This document shows positions 38,315-54,194 of a DNA stretch of 64,000 nucleotides, piece after piece (within the stretch, counting starts at the first letter, position 1; each line of letters opens with the position of its first letter). The notes under the pieces are model-generated. The model was not told the DNA's origin and did not search any database. It saw only the letters and a program-made list of their open reading frames with translations. The stretch comes from Sphagnum compactum (Eukaryota), in contig OZ234493.1 in NCBI GenBank assembly GCA_965153455.1, forward strand, positions 13,940,213 to 14,004,212, read 5' to 3'. Position numbers and translations under genes: made by a program.

Positions 38315-40004
38315 GTGAGTGAGTTCTTTTGTCAGTTTTTTCTCCTGCTGTCAATTTTCTCCGCCCCCTGATCAGACGAAGTATCTGCTGTCAATTTTTT
38401 AAATTTTTTTTGCAAAGGAAGCGGTTGTTGCTTGCTGATCAATCTCTTGTCGACATTGTCGATGTGCATTTTTTTCTCTACTTCATCTTCTTCTGCTATG
38501 AAATTTCCGTTGTAGCAACAGCTCTACAAGATTGATTTGGTGTATTACACAAAAGAATCCAACTAGGTGGTACTCCAGATGTATGTGTCTTGTCTCTGAG
38601 ATCTGGAATGGTAGTGACATGAGTGTAAAAGAGAGCACAACTTCCAAGGCTATCTATCTGTAGCGAACAGAAAACAAATGGCTCTCTCTGGGAAGAAGTG
38701 TCTCGTCACATTATTGTTTTGCAAAATGCGGTGTGTGAATGAATGGAACACATAACGGTTTGTGTGCATTATGGTCGCGTCGTCGTCATCGTCGTGTACT
38801 TCTACCACCACTACTACGGGGGATAAGGTGTGGTTGCCGCGCTTACTTCGTTGCGGGAGCTTTGAAACCCAATGGACAGGAATAGACGCAAATTTCCCAT
38901 AGGTAGAGATGCACTAGTACCGACTGTGTTTTTTTTCATCAGGGCTTTTTGCATGTGAAACACATTCCTGGACAAAATGGGGAGCAAAATCCTCCTTTAC
39001 TTTTTCTGTTAGGTTTTTCTCTTTCTTGGGCCACTTCATGCCCAGTTCCTGGAAAGCCAATGGATAGATTCAGCAAACCATTGCACAAAGGATCTGACAC
39101 AAATTCCAACAGACAATACTTAATGTCACTCCTGATGAGTTTCTTGATGGATTGTGCGAATGCTAGAGATATAATAACTATGTATTTGGTAATGATCACT
39201 ACATTGGTACTTATCTGCCACATGATTTCACTTGACCTTGTTTCTTCTTCTTCTCTTCAGAACCCCAGATGCTTCATATCCATGGGAATGTCGGATGTCA
39301 TTGGTCTTGACTGAGTACTTGGCAACCCAACAATTTTCATTAGGTTATCCCCTGTATACGAAAAGCACAGTGTCTGACCATATAGCACAGTGTCTGACAT
39401 GTGTGGTGACCTATGAAGATCTGTGCTCTTTTTACCAGTGTTTTGTTGTCTGTGGCATCATGACTATTCTTGTCCTTTCTGTGAGAATATTAAGTACTAC
39501 TCCTGTCATTGTTCTATGGGAGTCTTTTTTTTATTTTGCAGTTGAGTGTCTGGTATAGCTCAACCATGTGGGAGCATGTGTGTGCCCCAACTGTGGGGTA
39601 TATTTGTTTCAAAATTATTCTGGGGAAAAGAACACTGCAGTGATGAAGGGCTGAAACTTTCCTAGGGCATGGGATTGATGACTGGTTTGTGGCCTGATGA
39701 TGATACCAGGGCAGTTGTGTGGCAGAGCTCAAAGCAAAGAATCAGATGCACACATTCACAGGGGGAAAGAGGAAGAAAACAGGAGGGATTGTTGGAAAGC
39801 GATGAGTGAGACCATGCCCAAATTGAGGGCACAGTCCTTGCAATGATACTGGAAGGATCTTTCCCTCTCCTGCAGAGATGTGTCTTAGCAACAAGTAAGG
39901 CTAAACCAGACACAATCTGGAATTGTCTTGAACATATTAGAGATCAGGAGGAGGGAAAGTAGTAGTTGGGGTGGTGGAATACTTCATTGGAGAAGAAGAA
40001 GGTC

Positions 40005-43667
<3,663 letters not shown>

Positions 43668-44889
43668 CACTAATATACCTCTGCAGAAGTTTCATCATAA
43701 CCTGGTAGTCCAACTGATCTTGCTTGCCTTCTCCCTATTTCTTGCACCACCCTCTTACAATTTGGCTGCATTTGATGTAAATAAGCTCTGGTTACAGCAA
43801 CCATGTAACTAGACAACTGAAACCATGCTTGAGCAAGTCTTGGGACATTTGTCTCAGTTCCCAAATTTCATACCAACTCAAGAACCAGAGCTTGCCAGAC
43901 TTGAACAGCCTCTAAACAAACTTCTCTGCTTATCTCTGTGCATGCATAAGAGTGAGGCATCACCAGAGAGAGTGATGAAATTTGGAGCCTCCCTTGAACC
44001 CAGCTTTTTATTTTCATAGCCATAGATCTCATGCCAGATTGGTGGACAGAAAGCACAATGAGAGGATTAGAGTGGGGAGAGTGCCATACTGCACCATTTG
44101 TGTGGTGCGATGGTGATTCATGTGGTTACCATCTTGTTGCCTTTGTAGGTAGGTACTCCTCTCTGGTAGTTGCTCCCATTTGGGGAAAGTCTTTGAGAAA
44201 TATTTTGTGCTTGATGTTTTTCACAGCATTCAGCTTTAAGCCTCTGCAGTACAAAGTATTAGGTCATTTGTTGGCAGGGTCATTCTTGCTGTATTTGTCA
44301 TTGTGGAGGTGTGTTGACGCCCCATAATCTGACAAAATTTGCTTAGCCATGAGCCTTCTAGTTTATCATAAGGTTGTAATTTAATAGCTAGTTTACTTAT
44401 GATTCAGTAGTTGTTCTGACAACTACAGTTGTGTCTAGCAGCACATGGTTTGATAGATTGTCCTATTTGGAATACATCACTTTATTACTATAAGTCTAGA
44501 GGCACATTCATCAAGAGTCATGGTTCAAGGTTTCTGGACAAATTTGACTTGCAATAGTTTCCAATGATAATCTTACTTGGGATTTCTTATCTTGGAGATT
44601 TCCACTTCTGGACAGTGTTATTATAAACCCAGTTTGCCATCTACCATACCATTCCATAACCACAGAACTCATTCTAGTGTGGCAACTAAAAGCAGTTCTG
44701 AGAAGAAACTGTCACTAGCTACCGTCAATGTTCATGTTAATGTGCTCATTTGTTTCTTGCATTTGGTGTTGCATCCTGTTGGAGCTCTCCCCCTTCTACT
44801 TCCTTGTAGTCATTTCCAGGGTCTGAAGGAACAGGACTGACAAAAGAGATCCAAACAAGCTTGATGCAAATAATTAAGGATTTCTACTA

Positions 44890-46099
44890 GTGAATGGCTT
44901 CAGGGTACATGTTGGATGAAACTATGGGGTTTTGTGACATGCAAACCTTTACACATGTACGATCCCAAATATGGGATGGCAATGAGGAAGAAAGGATTTT
45001 TGGTGAAGTGTAAGGGTGTGGTGCCAAATTTCATGTTGGACTACCAAAAAAAGACATTGCACATCAATGTGTGCTCAACAATGTTGAGTGCTTAGCGGCA
45101 TGGGTCTGGTATTTTGTTGGCTAAACAAATTGCCCATTATTTGATATTGCTTTGGCAAGCTATGGATGTTGGTCATGTATTTCATTTGTATAAGCCACTT
45201 GTACAAGTAAACTAGTAGCTAACTTGGTAAGGGCCTTGTTTGGATGGATGGGTTTTGGTAGTAAGCATAAACATGAATAGACTTGAGTAGCAAATGGACA
45301 TGTAGAGTTTGAAAAACAATGGCATAGAGACACAACAAGAAAAAGAAAGCATATCAAGTATCCTATGGAGCTGGGAAAGGTGCAATCCAAACCCCAACTT
45401 GGACAAGGTAGCGCACTTGACAATATGGATTCTTACCATTTCTCAATGAAGCCAACATTTGAGGCTTGCAAGTACATGAAGATGAAGGCCCATAGGAACC
45501 ATTACAGGGTTATTGGAAAAAACCATGCTAACACAATGGTGACCTTTGATGGTGTGGAGTGGCCTTGATTTTCTAGCAAGAACAAGGAACAAATGAAAGG
45601 ACTATACTAGGGCTCATTCAATACGTGGGAGTACTCAAAGATATAATGTTACTTGACTATGCGCCAATATCAATGCCAATAATTTTGTTTGAATGTGAAT
45701 GGGTGAAAAATGAAGTTGATAGTTGGGGTGATCCCACTTACAATCATGATGAAGATGGTTTAAGAACTTGCCAATTTTTGTGCACTCAAGGTGAAAGATG
45801 ATGAACCATATGTATTTCTGGCCCAAGTACAACAAGTTTTTTATTTTGATGAAGTCAACCAACCATGGTGGAAAGTTGTGTTTCATAAGGAACCACGTTC
45901 GAGGCATGTGGTAGCAAAAGCAAGTGAAGAGCAACACATGATCATCGAGAATGTGATAGGCATTGAAGCACTTTTGGAAATTCCAAAATTGCCACAAAAT
46001 ATGGCACTAGTTAGTGCCATTGAACAATTTGGAATTGAGGCCATTATGGCATTAGAGGAATTGCAAGGGCCTAGTGGGGATGAAGACAGAACAATATAA
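44890..46099 (+). mobile_element. CACTA (En/Spm) TnpD transposase remnant (DUF4218/DUF4216-like region)
   Basis: GYMLDETMGF near 44905, and DEPYVFLAQVQQVFYFDEVNQPWWKVVFHKEPR (45800-45900), which matches the DEP[FY]..A.Q..QVFY...W.VV...PR signature. Frameshifts and stops throughout. Confidence 0.82.
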
Positions 46100-47729
46100 G
46101 CATTTTTGGGATTGGATATGAATATATGTTGACATGTGGAAACACATGTTGAGTTTTTTTCCGAAATATTTTTTGGACATTTGCATATGCATTCCAATCA
46201 CTAAGCACAACCCATAACCCTTGTTTTTCCACTCCGAGCATATTGTAGGGACTTTTGTGGGTGAGATCCTTGAATTACAAGTCAAGTCATTTTATATTTG
46301 ATGCTAATTTGTGTTCTTTAGAGTGCAAGAGGACAAGCCAAGTGATACTCTCTATGTAGGTTGCTTATAATTCTTCACTAGGATGCTTGTTTGTACAACA
46401 ACATGCCAAATAGAAAACAAGCTTACCTTCAAATGTTTATTGGATGTTGAATGATGATATTATTAATTTATATTAAAAATCTGGTTTTAGTGCTTATGAT
46501 TTCCCAGTCCTACTTGGTTTTTGAATTCAAGTCATGCTCAAGCTAGGATGTGCTCCAAAAATTGATCGAATATTAGGAATAAATGACATTGATGTGTAAG
46601 CATTTGAGTGGCATATCCTTAAAATAGGTTGGGCAGATAGAATGAGAGAATAAAAGGCACAATAGAGCAAAGATCTGACCTTTCATCTCTTGTTTGAACA
46701 CATTATTATGTTATTAACTTGCACTTGATATTTAGTCTCGAAAGGAAGTTTGGAAATAGGGTGACATAATATACAAAATTAGGGTATGTTTCTTGAATCC
46801 ATGGATATCAACTAGGTTAGGCTGATTGTTGATGTGGACATGGATTTAGTGTTCAAAATCTTTTGGGACCTCAATGAATTAGTAAAAAATATTGCCACCA
46901 ACTTTGTGGGATTTCAATGTATGTGTTTGTCCCATTTCTTTTGGGTACATTTTTGGAAAGCTCCAAAGGTATAATTTTTGAATGGTCAATCCCTTAGTTT
47001 AAGGTTATGAATTTAGTCCCAAATGCACTCATGAAAATCAAATGCATGATAAAACCCTAATAAAATTATGACCATGCCTTTAATACAACATTAACATTTA
47101 TTAGTTTACTTTTAGTATTTTAGAACCTCAATATTAACACCTAAATATATATCTTTAATATGCATTTTTTTATTAAAGATATATAAAATATATAATTTTA
47201 ATATATCCTTGATACACCTTTATAAATATATTCATAATACATGCATGAAATCCTTTAAGGTGTACCACATAGGACAAAAAGGGCCTAGTCCTTATTATAA
47301 TCTTTTTTTACTTTATATTTTGATCCCCATAAAAAATAATGAATCAAAAGTTGTCAAAAAATTTTAAAGGATTATATTTTAGATTATTACAATTATAGAT
47401 TCCATCATAATAATCCATAAATGTGTCTTTACATGGTAAAAAACGACTAGGTAAAAAAGACAGAAAAAGGTGACGCTATGACAAGATTTTGGTACACTTA
47501 AAAAAATTTGCACCTATACAATATTTTTTTAATATGTCTTAAATATACCATTATACAACTTCAATTAGTAATAGACATATAACTTTCAATAAATTCTTAG
47601 TACACCAAGGCATACCATTAGGGGCTATCTCCACACCTTAATGGTGCAACTAAATTTGGTTTGATTGCAACCAATGGGACATATAATGATAATCATGTAT
47701 CAAAATAATCTTAGAAGGTAGGATGAAGT

Positions 47730-47887
47730 AGTTGGTAGTTGCAAATGTAGTCGTAACATAGTTGCAAAAATCATGAAAGGTGAAAAATAGTTGCAAAGGT
47801 GATTATAACTAAAATTAGTTTCAAGTTATAATTAGTTGTACATAGTTGCAAATGCATTGGTTGCATTTTAGGGGATTTCTACTAGTG
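47730..47887 (+). mobile_element. CACTA right terminus with TAGTTGCA subterminal repeats
   Basis: Ends GGGGATTTCTACTAGTG (reverse complement CACTAGTAGAAATCCCC) after repeated tagttgcaa motifs. The same GGATTTCTACTAGTG occurs at 44878-44892, and a related CACTAGAAGAAATC starts at 59892. Confidence 0.65.
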
Positions 47888-47989
47888 ATAAACTTTGCAA
47901 AATTACATTAGGCCCTAGCAACAAGTAGGTTAAGTTAACTAATATGGAGCAAGGATGTCACAATGTCCAAACATCCCTCGCAACATGAA

Positions 47990-48440
47990 ATGCCCACTTT
48001 TGGACCCATTTTCATTGCCATATACCTTGTGGTGGCCGAAATGGCTTTCAATCACCATACACCTTGTGGTGACCGAAATGGCTTTCAATTGCCACAATTA
48101 AGACTTTTTAATCGCCACCACTTTCAATTGTCACAACTTTTGATCACCACAAAATTATCTATTGCCAAATTTTTGGTTGCCACAAATTTTCCATTGCCAA
48201 AGTTTTGGTCTCCACAAATTTTTCCATTGCTAGTAGATTTTTTTGGTCACCACAATTTGTTTTGTTGTCAAAGTTTTAGTTGCCAAAAATTTTGTTGTCG
48301 CCACAAATTTCAGTCATTAGTAGATTTATTCAGTCACAGTTTTTTTTGGTCACCACAATTTATTTTTTTAATGCCATAATTTCGATCATTAGCAAAAAGA
48401 AATTTGCTTGCCAAATTTTCGGTTGTCACACAATGACTAG
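47990..48440. repeat. Degenerate GGTC(A/G)CCAC-type short-repeat array
   Basis: Repeated ttggtcaccacaa / ttgccacaa / aatcgccacc units. The same motif family occurs at 50670-50800, 52150-52980 and 63320-63420. Confidence 0.6.
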
Positions 48441-48849
48441 ATGAGTAAACTTTGGTGATGGACAACAAGGAGTTTAAAGGTTTTCATCCAATGTTTTTTT
48501 TGGCCATATTTCTTTTTTTAATCCTAAATTTTTTGGAGAATTTTTTTTTTTTTGTCATGCAATTTTTTTTTTGAAATGGGACTTCAATCAATTTTCAATA
48601 TTTTTGTTATATTATAACTTTACCAAAAACCTCCACACCAAAAGAAAGAGAAGCTTGGGGACATGAAATGGGATGCATGCTATTTATTTATGCTTTCAAC
48701 ATGTGCATAATGAAGAATCACAATATGAATAAAAAGTCCAATATCACACAAATTTCAAATATAATCACACATGACAACATGATTCCTTGAAAAAATTTGG
48801 TTTTATTAAATCAACAGGTTCACAACATGTCATTTTTAACAATTCATGC

Positions 48850-50280
48850 AAATTGAGCCAAATTTCTTATGAACCAACTACAAACAATCTATTGTTGCCT
48901 TTGGTAACATTCTATCAGGTGGAGGCCCCATCAACGTACACACAACATGTTGAACAATTCATTGTGCCTTTTAATTTAGCTTGTACATGTTATAGATCAC
49001 CTTGCCAAATGATATCTTGGTTGAATTGTTCACAAAGTATTTTGCATCCCAATTTTCACCTCATATCACAGTTGCAAACTTGCTCACCAAATATGCCTCA
49101 AACTTCAAAGTTGTTTGGTGTTGTTTAGCCATTCGTTGAGGGGAATTTGTTGTTCCCCAATTGCCGTGAACAAAAAACAATTTTAGGGCCACCCACTAAC
49201 GCATTTTTTGTGTGTTGATGTAAACCTACTCCTTAACAAATGCATGTACAAAGATGGAGTCACCTCTTGCATGCATATGGCTTCACCCCAATCACACATG
49301 CCAATGTATATAACATTTGTTTTGTTTGTCGAAAAATGCAACATGATGTTGTCATTTAGCAAGTCATTGTGCAAAATTCCAAAATGGTATGTTACATTCA
49401 TAATGTTCATGAATGCCCATGCTACCTTCACATGATTTCACTTAAAGGCAACAAGTCATGTTCGTCCTTCAATATCTAACTTTCCTTGCTACAATAACAT
49501 TCAATTGTCCAGAATGGGTGAGTATTTCATGTTGTAATCCAATATTTATCAAATTGTGCCCCCATTTCACCACAATGTGTAAGCTTCCATTTTATCTGAA
49601 TGGATGGTCAAGAAGTTAATGACACTTGGATGTTCAAATGGGCAAGCTAATGCTTCTATTGATCATTGTTTATGTGTTTTTCATTTATCATTCATTTTGG
49701 GTGTCTTACTTGCCAACTTAATGGTGCTTGGGATACAATGAACCTTTCAATTTGCAACTTGCGCATCACACCATAACCACCATGATTATCCCCACCCGAC
49801 AATGGCTATGCAATTACTATATTTGAAATCTATAAGATGCCTTGGCTTCAAGTATAGGAAAAAAGGTTTTAAACCTTTTTTTTCCATTCATAGTACCACC
49901 CACACCCTCTTCTTCAAAAACTTGTTGAATTTAACCCACCATGTTACCTTATCCCACAACTTCATCACCTCCATGGTCTTATGCACCTTGTATCCATAAA
50001 ATACTTATCCATAAAAGTACAAGGTTAATACTTATCCGGGGAATCATTTATTTCCACCAAAAGAATTATTTCTAGGACCTCTTTGTACTTATCCAAGCCG
50101 AATGATTGAACTTGCTCACAAAAATGTTATCAAGGTAAACCATTGAATGCTCCTTGAAAAAATCCAAGACAATTTTTTGGAATCATCGTGTGGTGATTCA
50201 TTTGAGGTCATTGTCCACAAGTTTTTGCCACTTTTGAAATTGCATTGATGTATTGCTATCACCTTTGGAATTTCCGGATG
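48850..50280 (-). pseudogene. Protein kinase pseudogene with N-terminal extension
   Basis: Subdomains appear in order on the minus strand: GGYGVMRK (I, ~49780), IKLASKTPK (II), SIEALAC (III), HPSVINFLTIH (IV), YTLW*NGGTI (V), GILHNDLLNDNIML (VIb), IGMCDWG (VII), *WVALKLF (degenerate VIII), TTLKFEAYLVSK (IX). Multiple stops and frameshifts. A strong acceptor CTAAC...TTTTTTTTTAG precedes 50280. Confidence 0.8.
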
Positions 50281-50809
50281 CTAAAAAAAAAGGTTTGGGG
50301 GGTTGAGGTTAGATTGTCCACTAGATGGTTGGCTTAATGACATTTCTAAAGGTTTAAGGTTCCCAAAAACCCAAAAGATTTTCCAAGCATTAATTGTCAT
50401 GAACAATTTAATTTTCAAAGGTGATAGTTTAAAATGTTATAGGTTATTACACAAAAGGCCAAAACAATCCCCCCCACCCCCTATCCAAGTCTCAGCCACC
50501 TTAATTTACCCAAGGTTTTATGCAATGGTTATAAATGTGCAACGAAAGACACAAAATCTAGATGAGAAAGAGGAGGCCAAAACTGAATCCAAAACTTTGT
50601 TTTTTTTTTCCTCTTATACTTTCAAATTTGAATCAAAATTTTGCTTGCCATTGGGCGGGAACATGTAAAATGTGATTGCCACTAAACAATAATAACCAAA
50701 TTTGGTCACCAAACCCTAACATTGGTGACCAAATTCAATCGCTAAAATTAGATGGTGATTAAATTCTATCACTATCATCTGATGGCAACTAAATTTTATC
50801 ATTAGTAGG

Positions 50810-51330
50810 GTGTGTTCTCCCCCTCTGTTCTTCCTTAACCCCCCCCTCTTTTCATTTTATTCCTTAATTTTTTTCTCACGACCTTTTTATTCTTACTTTC
50901 TATTTTCATGTTTTTAATCATTTTTGCCTCCTCCTCCACTCCCCCCCACCTTTTTTCTTCATTTTCCCTTTTATTTCTCATGTATTATTTTTTTTCCCTC
51001 ACTCCCACCTTTTTTTTTCCTCTTTTTTTTTCTAATCGACATTCTCCTATCTACTTCTTTCCTCCCCCCTATTTTCTCCCTGGTCTTTCCCTCTTTAGTC
51101 TTTTCCTTGCTTCATTTGCCTTTCATCCCCCCCCCCATTTATTTTTTTCCCCTTAATCAATGTGTAACTAATATTTACACATAGGGTTTTAGAACATTAT
51201 TTATGTAGTTTGTTTTTTGTTTTTCCCTCCTTCCCCCTTATTTTCTCTATTCTACTTCCTTTCTTCTCCTTTGTCTTCTTTATTTATTTTATTTATTTTT
51301 ATTATTTTATTTATATTTTTAATCCTACAT
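50810..51330 (+). repeat. Polypyrimidine (T/C) low-complexity tract
   Basis: About 500 bp that is almost entirely T/C; it explains the F/L/P-rich spurious ORFs here. Confidence 0.85.
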
Positions 51331-51473
51331 CTTTTGGAGGGAAAGGTATATTTTCTCAATAGATAAAAGTGGTCTATGTTTTTGAAAAACCACTCAAAAA
51401 CATTTCACAATTTTTCAAATAAAAAAATTTGAACAACTAAATCATGGGTAACTTGCTTAACATGTGGGAATAC

Positions 51474-51978
51474 CAATATCTTTTATTTATAAAAATGTGC
51501 ATTTTGTACATTCATAATAAAATTATGCATTTTTATTATTAACATTGTTTTGATGGTCATATATATTATGCTAAAATAATCATGTGTGTCATAAACATGA
51601 AGCTCCCCAACCTTGTCCTCATCCAATAAATCTTCAAGCATATTTGTGACATCCAAAACATAAACACCTTCAAACATGAATGAGAGATATTTGACATTCA
51701 CACCATTGTGATCCCAAGTTATGAACTTTGTTCCCTATCCAAACATGCTTAATGTTGACATAAAAGGCCATGGGGATTTCCTTGTACAACAAATCCTTTG
51801 ATAATTGAGCAATATCCATATGATATTCTCCTTCTTCTTCGCCTAACAAATATATGACATTTGCTCCTTCATAATCCCATGGCATGATTGTGTGGTTGTC
51901 GCAAGTGTCACTGTCTTCAAGAACCATGTGTGAATTGGCCTCCTTGCCTTTTTCACCCTCATCTTGATTACTTGACAT
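51474..51978 (-). pseudogene. Decayed exon encoding two tandem WDxxGxNVxYL...EGxYxxD...DLL repeats (unknown family)
   Basis: Repeat 1 is WDYEGANVIYLLGEEEGEYHMDIAQLSKDLL. Repeat 2, after a frameshift, is WDHNGVNVKYLSFMFEGVYVLDVTNMLEDLL. A homologous copy lies at 63617-64000, and the GT donor is conserved in both copies. Confidence 0.6.
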
Positions 51979-52149
51979 AAATGCTTCTGCATAAAAAGAA
52001 AAAAAAATTTGTAAATGCAAGCACTTTTGGAATCACAAGAAAAACCCAAATTATTCAAATGAGTGAGATTGTTCTTCTTAATGTATCACATCGAATTCCA
52101 CCCACAATCTAAGTCATGCACATCGAGGAGAAAGTTCTCAAATTCCAAG

Positions 52150-52980
52150 TTCAAACCTTTTATGTAAACAAAATGGTCACCAAAGTTGAATTTGGTCATC
52201 GACGAATGGGTATATTGCTATTTGATGATTTACATGGCAGTTCAAAAATTTGGTCATCATTTGACAACCAACATGCATTAGCAATACACAACCGTCAAAT
52301 GGTGATCAAAAATTTAGTCACCACTTTAATGACCACCCAAAATGGTGACTAAAAAATTCAATCACCATTGAACTTAGCTATCCCCATGGCAATTGAAATT
52401 TTTTAGTTGCCACCTGAATTCATTGTCCACCATGTTGATTGAAAATTTTCAATCACCACCTATCTCGATTGTCCAAGTGACAATTGAAAAAATTTAGTTG
52501 CTAACTAAATGATAATGATTGATTGCAATTGAAGTTATTTTAGTCACCAACTTTTTCACATGCCTTTGTGGCAATTGAACCTATTTGGGTCCCAACTTTC
52601 TCACGTCCCTTAGTGGGGACAAACCTATTTCAATCACCAATTTTTTCACATGCCTTGGTGGTGATCAAACCTATTTTAGTTGCACACTTTTTCATGTGCC
52701 TTGGTGGCCACTGAACCTATTCAGTCGCCAACTTTTTCACGTGTTTTGGTGGCAATCAAACCTATTTCGATTGCCAACTTTTTCACATGCCTTGTGGCCA
52801 CTGAATCTATTTCAGTTGCTAACTTTTTATGTGCCTTGGTGGCAACTAAATCTATTTTGATCAATTTTTTCATGTGCCTTGGTGGCCACCAAACCTATTT
52901 CGATCACCATTCAATAACTTTATGTAGCCCAAATATTTTGGCCATTGGATGGCGACCAAAATTGTTTGGTTGCTAATCAA
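52150..52980. repeat. Tandem ~45-bp repeat array (ttttcacatgccttggtggc...aacctattt..atc.cca)
   Basis: About 8 recognisable units at 52540-52910, plus degenerate ggtcacca motifs upstream. Confidence 0.8.
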
Positions 52981-53034
52981 TCTAAGCCAATCCTTTTAGC
53001 CAATAATGAAATCTAACCCTTCATGATGACCAAA

Positions 53035-54194
53035 CACTAAAAGAAATCATGGTTTTTCAAAAGGTTCAACTTGATTAAAATGTCCACATTGACCAAAGAG
53101 ATGTTCATTTTGACTAAAGGCATGGGGCATGAAAAACACATGGTTCTTTTGATTGGTTTTTTGATTGAAATGACCATTTTGACCAAGTGTTCAGTCGTAC
53201 ATTTAATCAAGAAGGACAAAGTTTTAAAATGGCCCATCAAGATGCCCATGGCCTAGTCGAATTGACCATACTAAATGACCATGTTTAGTCAAATTGGCCA
53301 TATTAATTTGATTAATTCACATACTTACTATGCTTATTAGGCTACCTACTACCTATTTATTTAACACATACGTACCTACTTACCTAAATATGTCCTATCT
53401 ACCTACCTAATTACCTACCATCTACCTACCTATGTCCTACCTACCTACTATTATCTACCTACTATTTACCAAAGTTACCTATTTATCTACCTACCCACCT
53501 ATATTCTATTTATCTATTTACCTACCTACTATCTACCTACATATCTACCTATAGTTTACATAAATAGGTATGAACATTTAAAAATATAGGTAAGTACGCA
53601 TGTGTATTTACCTATCTACCTATTTAATTAAGTACCTACTAACCTACTTATAAGTTCAAATGTTGTTATACACGTTGATAGAAAATGTCATGAAAAGTCA
53701 AGGATACATGTTAAATCCATTTGGTATCATATTATTTTACAAAGTGGTGAGGTGGTTTGATGGCCAAAACATTGGTGTGGAACCAAGAAGACCAAGGTTC
53801 AATCCCCTTTATCAACATAAACTATGTGGAATATGTATATTTGTATATATACCTTGTACATCTATGTAAATATATTGTACCTAGGTGGGTTGTGGATAGG
53901 TAAACATGAGGCCATGGTGGGTAGGTAGGTACATACTATTCATTTATTATTTACATTTTTATATTTACAAATTGAGCTATTTTAAAATTAAATTTGTTGG
54001 GCTGCCCAAATTTTTGTCCGATTTGACTAGTCAAAAAAACCATTTTATAGTCAGTCAAAATAACCACCAGTCAAGTTGGACATATTTAAATCGACTTGTC
54101 TAATATGATTAAGTGGTGAAATTGACCGAGTGTCAAAATGACTAATTTTTTTGTTTTACTTTTCTAGTAAAATAAATCGTGATTTCTCGTAGTG
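53035..54194 (+). mobile_element. Non-autonomous CACTA element (1160 bp) with a tRNA-like internal core
   Basis: Left TIR CACTAAAAGAAATCATGGTTT and right TIR (reverse complement) CACTACGAGAAATCACGATTT, with 3-bp TSD AAA/AAA. It has TTGACCA/TTGACTA subterminal repeats, an (ACCT)n array, an A-box at 53753-53763 and a B-box at 53796-53806. Confidence 0.82.

Noticed and set aside
52540-52910. ~45-bp periodic repeats as a CRISPR-like array
   Set aside because: Degenerate head-to-tail units without spacers; typical TE-associated repeats.
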